A stretch of DNA of 63,995 nt, counting the filler, from Kipferlia bialata (taxonomy: Eukaryota), in the NCBI GenBank assembly GCA_003568945.1. It is 6 parts of 6 records of this genome, joined end to end, with 100 filler letters (N's around TTAATTAATTAA, not from the genome) between each part and the next. Parts side by side here need not be neighbours in the genome. Positions count along the whole stretch, not along the records: positions 53,471 to 63,995 come from BDIP01001410.1; 5 more parts are not named here. One strand, given 5' to 3'. Positions 53,471 through 63,995 of this stretch are shown piece by piece. The notes below the pieces were generated by a model. The model made no database searches. It was not told where the DNA came from and saw only the letters and a list, made by a program, of their open reading frames with translations. How positions within the stretch are numbered: the first letter of the stretch is position 1; every line of letters starts with the position of its first letter. The position numbers were made by a program, and so were the translations under genes.

Positions 53471-53517
<47 letters not shown>

Positions 53518-53540
53518 GCATATATCCTTCTAACCACCAG

Positions 53541-56500
53541 TATTGAGCGTGTCAAGTCCTTCCTGGTTAGCAGCACACCCCTCGACACACACCTGCAGAG
53601 GGTGGGGAGGTGAGTGCATGTGTTTGTGATCATGCTATCACTATCTCTCTCCCCTTAAGGAATACTACCCTCAGCTACCTAGACATTGGACACATATATA
53701 TATCTATATACACACATATATGAATATACGTGCATATATATATTTGTGAGTGCCTAACCCCCTAGCTACCTCCCCGTGGCCGAGGGCATCGCTGGTAGTA
53801 TGTCTGCCCTGACCCAGTGCATGGCAGAGCACACACATGACAAGGCATGTTTAGGGAGAGAGCACATATATATGTATAACTACAAATATAAATATATAAA
53901 TGTGTATATGGACTGTCCTGACAGAGCGTATAGCAGAGCACACACTCGATAAGGCATGTATATATACGGATGTGCCTCTGCCCTGTCCGCCCTATCCTTC
54001 CCTTTCTTTCTCTTTTTCTCTCTCTCTATACATATTTATATACCACTAATACCAGCTCCTCACTGACGACTGTGCCTCTGCCCTGTCCACCCTGACACCT
54101 TCTTATCTCTCTCCATATACAGGATTTATAGATATACATATATATGGGTATTCACATATATAACCCTCAGCTAGTGACTGCGGACTGTGCCTCTGCCCTG
54201 TCCACTCTGACACCCCTGGCAGACAGGTTCCAGGCACAGTTTGAGGTATTGATAATACATGTGTAGATACTATACCCTCTCTCGCATTCTCTCCCTTTTA
54301 TCCCTTGTCACTCTTCTTTATCTTTCCAGCCATATTTTTATTCTAACCCCCAGGCCATGCGTAGCATAGACTTTGACATCACTGACACTGTAGGTTTTTC
54401 ATTATATATTCTTGCATATATATATGAAAATGTTTTTATCCTAACCCCCAGGCCATGCGCTCCATCGACTTTGATACCGCTGACACCCTGACAGCCTTAC
54501 AGGAGGCAACATCTGTGCTCCTAGACGTGGCAGGTAATTAGTATGTATATGTGGATATTTGGAAATACTAAAGGTTCATTGAATTGCAGAGTGCAATATC
54601 AGTGCTGCTGGATGTGGCAGGTATTGACCAGTTTCTCATCATCATCAACGTAACTGTATCTGTTTGTTATTATGACAAGAGTGGACGTTTAATTGCACGC
54701 TATTGTGTTTACCACCAGCCTACAACCTCGTCCCCCTCCCCCTTGCCACCACCTCTCTCTCTCTCTCCCCCCCCCTCTCTCTCTATTATTATGCACTAAC
54801 ACCAGCCTACAACCTCATCCCTCTCCCCCGTGCCACCACTAGTCTGACACTCGGGGACAAGAGAAAGTACATTCAGGTGTGTGATTCTATATGGGCATAA
54901 GAATATATGCACATGTATACATATATATATGGACGCCACCTCTTCTGACACTGGGGGACCAGAGGAAGTACATACAGGTATACCCGTGTAAGTATACTCG
55001 TCTAAGTATACTCATGTAAGTATACACATGTATGTCTTTACGTATCCACCCCCCCCACCCTTACCCCCAGGCCGAGGACGCCAATGGCCTGTACCGCACC
55101 CTCATGAGACTGACAGGGCCCGTCATAGACTGCCAGGTATGTATACACATACAAATGCTACTATATAGTATTAATGCTTTTTACTACTATATAGTGATGA
55201 GACTGGCAGGGCCCGTCATAGACTGCCAGGTAGTAGATCTAAATATATATATATATATATACTTCATTATATATACTAATATCTTTATCTGATGAGACTG
55301 GCAGGGCCCGTCATAGACTGCCAGGTAGTAGATCTATACATATCTATATATATATATAGATATATATATATATATATACATAAACTTCATTGTATATACT
55401 GATTTCTTTATCTGATGAGACTGGTAGGGCCCGTCATAGACTGTCAGGTATAGAGAATACATTAATCATTATGTATATACTATTATCATAACATACATAC
55501 TATCAGTTAATGTCAGGCAGAGATCACGGGGTACAGTGAGAGACTCAGTGCCATTGAGAAGGGTAGGGTTATACATATCCGCTAATAATATCCTTCTTCG
55601 TGGTTTAAACCTCATAATCATAAGAACTAACATCCAGAGGACACCCCTGACCAGGATGATGAGGGACAGTGCACACATATATAGACATATCTATATCCAT
55701 ATCTATGTCTATATATATAGTGTATAGACCATACTTATAACTCACATCCAGACGACACTCCTGACCAGGATGGCGAGGGAGAGTGCACAGACATGGACAG
55801 GTTGGTACAGATGACGTATATGTATATATGTGTCAGGTCGGTATAGTTGTTATTCTGAGTTGTGCACTGACATCGACACATGGTTATCACCCAGCAGAGT
55901 GTTTGAGGATATGGTCGATATCTCATTTTCTTTTATCTGCCACAGTCTTCACCCTCCTTTATATGTCGCATTTTCATTCATTTTCTCTCTCTCAATCTCT
56001 CATTCCAGTTGGGGCCAGGTTGCCACTGTCCTAATGTTCTCGCTTTCTCTCAACATAAAGATGTATTTCCCTTCTCTACTCAACACTCGTAAATTCTTCT
56101 ATTTTCTCTCTCTTTCTACCAGGACATAATGCTTTCCTGTCCTAATATTCAGATGGGGCCAGGTAGCCACTCTCTCCGAGGCCACTGTTGAGCTGGTGAC
56201 TGCCCTAGCATCTGCACAGACAAAGGCACAGTCTCTACTGGTACAGAGAGGGGAGGGCAAGGAGGTATGGACACATATGTAGAATTTTCTGTTGTATTGG
56301 AACACATATATATATACATATGTTGTTATACATTGCATCAGTCTCACCCTCAGGTCACCCCCAGAGACATTGATGAGGCTAAGGCAGACCTAGGCATCTT
56401 GGCAATTCAGATGGGGTAAGTGTGCATATACTTACTATATACATATACTTTATGAATATAATATCATGGCATCTTGGATGGGGTAAGAGTGTTCACAATT

Positions 56501-58242
56501 TCATTCACACGTTTTATGTTGTGTCTAGAGACTCTTACCCTTGCTCTATCAAGTCTAATTACAGGCGGGCCAGTTTCTCTGAGGAGAAGAGAGCTGCACT
56601 CAGAGAGGAGCACAGAGTGCTCTCTGCTAAGGTACTATATGTATATGTATATAGTATTCCATATATACTATAACTGGATACTACATACATCTCTTCCATA
56701 CACATATGTGATACATGGATATGTCAGCCAAGGTACCTCTAGCTGTATATTGCAGATATTCCCAGATATATATGAAACAATCATTGCATATACAGAGTCG
56801 TCTCTGCTGAGGTACCGTACACTCCACTATCCCTCCCAGTGCCATGCTATATATGGTGCTAGAGTATATATACCTAACTGTTAGACTTCTATATATCCAC
56901 GTGTATCTTTCATTCTTAGATTGTCGACATGAAGTGCAGCCTACAGTCCCACACTGACATGGATATATTCACCTATATACATGTGTGTATCTATATATAT
57001 GTCTCATACACATCACTTACTCCCAGATTGACTCCATGCAGTCCAGCCTGCAGTCCCACACTGATGTCTCTGCCCAGCTCAGGCCATACCTCCTGTTCCC
57101 AGAGGTGTGAATAACACTGAGCTTATCTCACACTCCTTCTTTCTACCACTATTAGTACCTCAGAGAGACCTTTCTTACCCTAGGTGGCAGAGGCCCTTGG
57201 CGAGCCCCAGAGAGAGCGTGTAGTGGGCACCGGAAGAGACCAGCACCCTATGGACTGGGGTGAGGGTATGGTAGTGTCTGAGGAGGGACTCGTAGAGGGA
57301 CAGAGGGACCTCCTCAACCGCTACGCCATAGTAGACAAGACCAACCTTGACCTGACTTCCGACGACTTCAAGGAGGAGGACGTGACTGTCTGGGACCTGA
57401 CTGGGAGCAGGGTGACTGGGTGTGACCTCACGATGCTGAGTGTAGAGCAGATATGCTCTCTTGCCTCTCTCACCCAGTGCTCTCTAGCTGGCCTGTCTCT
57501 CGTTGACATCGACCTCTCTGAGATGGCACTCTCTGACTGCAATCTGTCCAAGTGCGACCTCACTGGTGCCAACCTCACCGGTACCACTCTCACTGGGTGT
57601 GATCTGACTGGAGCAGTACTAGTGGGTGTCACTGGTCTCTCTCTCTCCCAGTTACAGGCTGTGAAGTGTCTAAAGGGTGTGCGTATGGGTACACAGGACA
57701 TGAGGGGGTGGGACCTACGGAGTGTGGAGCTGTCTGGTGCTGATCTCAGTCAGTGTCAGATGGGGGGGGGCAAGGTGCTGTCAACAAGGGTGGTGGGGGC
57801 AGTGCTGCCAGAGACGCCTAACAACCCTACTGTTGTTGTACCAGTACCAGCTAGGTTTGAGGAGTCTGACTATGCCACTGCCACTGAGGTCTTTGGATAT
57901 CACAAGGGGAGGGGGCAGTGTCCCAAAGGAACTTCCCCAGGGAAGGGGGCGCCATTGACACTGATACTGCCTAGTGTAGAGGGGTCCAAGACTTGGCTGA
58001 TCACGTGCAATGGAAATGACATGCACATGTTCCTGGACTCGACGCCGATATTTTACACGTGCGGCAGTGGAGTGGGTAACCTTACTGTGACAAGGTCAGG
58101 TTCTCTAGTGACCTTTGTCAGCAGTGCAAGTGGAGGCACAAACACCCACCCATGTGTCGAGGGCCAGGAGATTCACATACCTTTCATGGTGAACTCTTGT
58201 TCTCCACAGAACAACCCATACCTTACTCTATCGCCCCAGTGA
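53541..58242 (+). CDS. Helical/coiled-coil protein with C-terminal pentapeptide-repeat region and small beta-rich terminal module (5' truncated)
   Basis: Short helical exons splice into a 1059-nt terminal exon (57184-58242, acceptor CTTACCCTAG) with (A/C)(D/N)Lxx repeats CNLSK CDLTG ANLTG TTLTG CDLTG AVLVG ... WDLRS VELSG ADLSQ. TGA stop. Confidence 0.75.
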
Positions 58243-58569
58243 CGTCACTAAGTACGTCGTTAACCAGAATTGCGTTGAGCGAGGGATAACACTGATCCAT
58301 GTCTCATGATGAGACTCATCATTAGACTCGCGTCATGCGAGTCGCATGTCCATTCTACTGTGCATATTTTTGTCGGCCTGGTATCACGGCGTCAAAAACG
58401 TGTCGGGAGAGCAAAAGAATATAGTTCTAAACTATCATATGAGACGAAGACTGTTGTGGGCCACAACTTGTGGCTGTTCTAAGTTAGACCTTCTAACCTT
58501 GTCAAAGATATGATTATGCTGGTATCATTCAGAGAGAATAGATGTGGTGATGGGACTGGAGTTGACACT

Positions 58570-58807
58570 AGTTAGGGGAGCTGGTATTACCAGTGGTAAT
58601 ACGGACCTCAGAAGGGGAGGGGGCATGGACAGAAGTTCACATGTGCAGGAAAGGGTGCTCCAGTGACTCACAGAAACAGCCTGTCAAATTGAGTATATGT
58701 GTCAGAACTACATGCTGATGTCCCCTTCCCCAATAGTGGTACATGTAACATGTAACCATCACACATGTGCCAACAACAAGAAATTATTGACAATTACTCC
58801 GCTGTAG
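58570..58807 (+). pseudogene. Decayed, internally deleted paralogous copy of the terminal module of the upstream pentapeptide-repeat gene
   Basis: YGPQKGRGHGQKFTCAGKGAPVT versus FGYHKGRGQCPKGTSPGKGAPLT in the gene, and ELHADVPFPNS...CANNKKLLTITPL* versus EIHIPFMVNSCSPQNNPYLTLSPQ*. It has in-frame stops and a 7-nt duplication (ACATGTA x2) frameshift. Confidence 0.6.
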
Positions 58808-59301
58808 TCAGCAAATACTACTATACCTTGTACTATACTAGCGTTTACATGCCACAGCATGGGTATTTCACACTGTGCGATAGACAGTTAGCATTGGATA
58901 TATATCGAATATCAAGGTCTGTGAATCACAGGCAATATTGCATACTCTTTGGCCGACACGAATGCGTGTCGAGGGTCAATTCCTCACCTGAGGTGAAAGG
59001 TCACCCCTAGTAAATATCGTAACTGACTCACTAAGTCAGCAACAGGATAGAAGGGGTTCTTCTCTGTCATTCAGACACCGAGCGAGAGACTCTAGTCTCT
59101 GGAGCATCATCTGAGCAATGGATACCAGTGTATCAAACAACTCATGTGGCATGATCTCTTATGAGGCTCAGACTGACTCAGTCTGAGACTCAGACACATA
59201 TAGTCTATAGGATATGACATATGAAGTAGTGACTGGGACACTGACTCACTAGTCGAACTAGGCCTAGTTGAGCTACAAACCATACTCATTAACTTAATGA
59301 G

Positions 59302-59412
59302 TCATTAAGGAAGTCTATTGGACACAAAGTCTCAATCAAAGTCACAATTCCAAGCATCATTAAGGAAGTCTATTGGACACAAAGTCTCAATCAAAGTCAC
59401 AATTCCAAGCAT
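59302..59412. repeat. Exact 55-bp tandem duplication (2 copies) between convergent genes
   Basis: CATTAAGGAAGTCTATTGGACACAAAGTCTCAATCAAAGTCACAATTCCAAGCAT at 59303 and 59358. Confidence 0.9.
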
Positions 59413-59492
59413 ATACATATCATATAATGACGGCCAACACAGGGCGGTCAATGACACAAAACATAGTCACACAAACAACATCCATAAGGCTC

Positions 59493-62172
59493 CTATAAGG
59501 TGGCCTCAGAGGGTACTGCTAGTAGGGGCTGGCCCTCTACAGTAGTGGCAGTCTGGGGCCTAGTGCCTCTAGTAGAGGTACCCTCTCCCCCTCTACCTGC
59601 ACTTCTAGTGAGGCCTGTCCCGCTGAGTAAGGATGCCATGTATGCAGGTACAGCCACAGACCCATTGCCCACAGCAATCACCGGCCGGTACTCGTGTCTG
59701 TACTGCCTCTCCTGGGCATCGCGTAGAGACCGCTCCCTGTCTCGGCGGTAGGTCGCGTAGAAGCCCCTCACTCTGGAGAAGGTCCCCTTACCACCCTTAG
59801 AACTAGGAGACTTAGTACCCTTAGTACCCTTAGTGGTACCCTTAGTGCCTCTAGCTCCCCTTCCCTTGGATACTCCTACCCCACAGTGGCTACGGATGCA
59901 CATGAGTGTGACAAAGATGGATATGAGACATAGGGTGGCCACCAGGATGACGTGACTGAGGAGGAAGACAAGGAGACCACTGGCAGGGTCACCAACCACC
60001 ATCCACTCACTGAGGGTGAGTATACAGTGATGGATATATATACACACACAATGTATATGTCACCGAAAACCATCCACTGACTGGGGAGAAACACATATTC
60101 AGTGCAGAGTACACATGTACTATATAGTACCTGCTAGCACACACCACTGCCCCCGAGTCCGTGTCTATCAGGACAGAGCGGTATGCACCGGGGGGGAGAG
60201 CCATGGAGGGGGACTCGGCCTGGGCACTGATCTGATAATAAGGGGCTAGAGAGAGAGAGAGAGAGAGTCAAATACACACCAATTACGAGATCCAAATTTA
60301 TACAAAGGGTCTAGGAAGAGAGAGAGAGAGATAGCGTACCATGCCCATGATGGGGTCCTTGGGCTCCATGGGACCCATGTCATAGGTGCGCTGGGGGGTG
60401 CCTCTCTCGCGCTAGGGGGTAAGACAGGAGTATACTGACATATACTATATGTTTATGTATATATGTATGTGAGTGTATATACCTCGAGGTCGCATGTGTA
60501 TGGGAACCCGTCAATGTCAGCAGGGCAGATGCGCATCATGATGTTGGGGTGCCTGGGGGTAAGGGATGTATATATATATATCGAGAGAGACACATAGAGA
60601 GAGAACGTATGTTGGGGTGCCTGGGGGTATACTTATATACAATACAATATGCAATACAATATTCATACATATATATATATGTATCTATATCAATATATAC
60701 CTGTCAGCAAATGCTGCGTTGCCGAGCACACCTGCACTGTGCACATTGAGACCGGTGCCTAGGGTGAGGGATGAACTATTCATCACTACTGTGTATATGC
60801 GTATATATATTAATATATACTATGCATATAAGTGTGTCTATACCTATGACGTCGTAGTTGACCTCAGTATATATGAAGTGTATATAGAACCTCAGCATAA
60901 TGTGGTATTTATATATATATATATATACCTATGACGTCGTAGTTGACCAGAACCTCAGCATAGGGCACATTCATCATGGGGGTGACCTGGGGGGTGAGTG
61001 AGGGACAGGAGTACTATATATACACATATACATTCATATACGTGGCGGAGTGCCCCGTGTGTGTAAGGGAAAGGAAACATTTACAATACAAACACCCAAA
61101 GGGAGAGCTTGAATGTGTATCAACATAAGACGTACGTGAGCGAGTGCCCCGTGTGAGTGCTCTGCCTCGTACCAGATGAGGAGACCATCGCCCTGGATGC
61201 TGCTGTCGCTGGGGTGAGAGGAATAAATAATAGTGTACACCATAAGGAGTAGTATCCCTGATGGTGAACTGTATGACTATAATATGCCCGATGTGATACC
61301 TAAAGAGCATAACTCCTACGTCCCCTGCCCCCTCTGTGTCTGTCACAGCAGGGTATACACCACTATCTACTATGGGGGTGAGGGACCCATTGACAGGGCC
61401 TGGGGGTGAGACACGTATATATATACACAGACACATATATATACATATGAATGTACATTTATGTACCTAGTAACACTGTGTCTGCCCCGTCCTCGACGTC
61501 GATGGCATCAACCACAACCAGGAAGGGGTAGACCTGACATGAGAAGAATAGTAAGAATAATACAAATGTACAGTGATATGGAAACATATATATATAGAGA
61601 GAGATGGCATCAACCACAACCAGGAAGGGGTAGACCTGACATCAGATACATATTGCTATATACATACATATATATATATATATAGGGAGAGAGAGAGAGA
61701 GATGGCATCAACCACGACCAGAAAGGGGTAGACATAGGGGTAAGGGAATCGAAAGGTAGAGAGAGAGAGAAGAGTGTATATGTACCTCTCTGAGTGCAGC
61801 AGTCATGAAGTCTGGCTGTGGCAGGCTGTACCCATCCTCACCAGAGGCAGGGTCGATCACAGGGTAGTCGGGCTCCTGGGCATTAGCTCATATATATATA
61901 TATATATATATATGTAATATGTAATATGTATAATGTTAATAATGTATTTATAGTACCTCGTGGCTCTGAGGAGGCTTCTCTGCCTGTACAGTCTCCACCC
62001 TTCTCTTCAGGGGGTGGTCGATGAGGGACCGGCTGCCAAAGGTGCCATCCCACATCTGAGGGTGAGAAGGGAGAGAGAGAGATATATGGGCCCATATCCA
62101 ATAGAAGCAGGGGTGCATCAGGGTATATTCATGTGAAATATATATTAATAGCGCCTCTATTAAAGCGGCAAA

Positions 62173-62212
<40 letters not shown>

Positions 62213-63081
62213 GGTTGTGCACTGAGGTGTCAAATGTCATGGGGTGCATCAGGGGCACAGAGCACTCAGTGTTGGGACTGTAGGGGCCAATCTTGACAAC
62301 ACCCTGGGGTGAGACTATATTGTAAAGAGAGAGAGAGAGAGAGAGATACTGGCATATACTTATACACCAATAGTACTATACACTATACCTTGTCTGTGCA
62401 TGATGGTATCATGAGTGAGTCTGCCAGGTCACATGACGATGAGGCAGGGGCAGGGGGGGTCTGCACAGCTAGGCAGGGACCGTCACAGCCCCTAAAGGTA
62501 AGACACGAGCCAACAAATAGTAACATGAGTGGGAATTGAACGCGAGGCAACTATAGGCCAATATGGCACCTAGGGTTCACTACAATAGTGAGGAATGCGG
62601 CTGAGAGGTCGTGGCTGGTCTGCACAACAACAGACTCCAGCATGTTGGTGCCAGGGCTGTTTCTAAGGGGTGAGAGAGCTGAATAGGGGACATGGGGATT
62701 GATAGAGATGTATGTCGGGGATTGACTGATAAAATGTATTTATACTAAGAGACATAGATGGTGACGTACAGTAGGTTCACGATGTGCACCCCGTGTGTGC
62801 TACACCCAGAGCCAACCGAGACACCCGAAGGGGAGTTACGTCTACGGCCTAAGATTAGGACATAATATACGCATACACTATACATAGTATATATATTCAC
62901 ATCAGCTTACCTAGTATTCTGTCCATGACGCCACTGCCTGTGCCCTGGCCAGAGGCTGGGGGTGAGGTACAGATAGATGCATGGATACACATGTATCATA
63001 TGAATGATATGTATATATCTATATAGAAACATCATACCTACTTCTCCCTCCTGTGCATCAGTGCACAGCACGGCATGACAC

Positions 63082-63120
<39 letters not shown>

Positions 63121-63226
63121 ATCCATATATATATATAAATATATATATACTATGCATACCTACTTCCCCCTCCTGTGCATCAGTGCACAGCATGGCTATG
63201 ACACACACACTCTCTCTCTCCACCTA

Positions 63227-63257
<31 letters not shown>

Positions 63258-63909
63258 GCATACCATACCTATCTCTCCCTCCTGTGCATCTGTACATAGC
63301 ATGGCTATGACACAGGAGTGGGAGGACACCACCACAGGGGGGACGGGGATGGCTAGGCCAACGCCTAGAGGTAAGAGATATATATACACTGGGATAGAGC
63401 GAGAGAGAGAGATAAGATCAATATATACATATTGAGAGAGACAGAGAGAGAGAGTGGGAGAGGCACCATACATACACTCTATATACCTGCTAGGAATGTG
63501 GATGGTGCCGGTGCCACGTGTGCTGTGTCCAGACCCAGACTGGACGTGGTGTAGGTGGCAGAGAAACCTAGAGGGTTAGCATAATATATATATATTAATA
63601 TATATGTAGAGAGAGAGATGCGTGATACCTGTTCTCTGCAGTGTGGCGTCTGAGTGGAACCTGATACCCAGGCAGGCATCGGTGGACTGATAATGAGGGG
63701 GTAGAGAGAGAGAGGGAGGGGGGGGAGAGAGGGAGAGATGAACACAGACAGGCATCGGTGGAATTATTATAAGAGGGTAGTGGGAGAGAAAGAGAGAGAG
63801 AGAGATAGTACCTCGAGAGCCACCAGGTACTGAAGGGCAGGGGGCACATTGGATCCTGTGAACACATCCCTAAGGGAGGAAGAGAGGAGAGCATCCTGGG
63901 TACAGGCAC
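59493..63909 (-). CDS. Putative type I membrane protein with CUB-like extracellular domain(s), 5' truncated
   Basis: STDACLGIRFHSDATLQRTGFSATY matches the CUB C-terminal motif. GPYSPNTEC and VDAIDVEDGADTVLL are weaker CUB-like motifs. TM helix LLVFLLSHVILVATLCLISIFVTLMCI is followed by a basic cytoplasmic tail. One junction near 62800 is unresolved. Confidence 0.58.
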
Positions 63910-63995
63910 CTAGGGGTGAGGCAAGGATGTTATGGCCTGTATACAAAATAGGAATAGAGAGGGGGGGGGGGGGGGTAAAGGGGGGGGGGGGAAGG

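Noticed and set aside
268..63909. Most ORFs in the supplied six-frame track (YIYI-, LSLS-, CVCV-rich)
   Set aside because: They are translations of microsatellite-rich introns or antisense shadows of real exons.

Overview
Eukaryotic, very intron-rich protist DNA, not prokaryotic. The (TA)n/(GA)n-rich introns, RERERE-rich exons, fused branch-point/3' splice motif CTnACCCCAG and split glycine-cleavage P2 gene suggest a free-living fornicate such as Kipferlia (inference). The window is six unrelated ~10.6-kb scaffolds joined by artificial 100-nt N-TTAATTAATTAA-N linkers. Manual splicing gives 13 multi-exon genes. These include an ADF-H (drebrin/Abp1-like) protein, a coiled-coil protein, the 3' half of glycine decarboxylase P2, a WCPPC thioredoxin, RPB11 (partial), AMPK gamma, an SDR, an ST7-like/ankyrin protein, a pentapeptide-repeat protein, a CUB-like membrane protein and three hypothetical proteins. 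Main finding: many introns hold 'echoes', which are half-exon copies carrying one splice site. Donor echoes lie downstream of the exon and acceptor echoes upstream. In several of the longest echoes nearly every difference from the real exon is synonymous (e.g. 10/10, 8/8, 8/8, 10/10 nt). Intronic copies therefore carry a coding-constraint signature, which points to an unexplained exon-end capture or turnover process. Also seen: dense short perfect palindromes, a decayed orphan copy of a C-terminal module, GC-AG introns and a probable chimeric join. All gene models are hand-spliced, with no RNA or database support.
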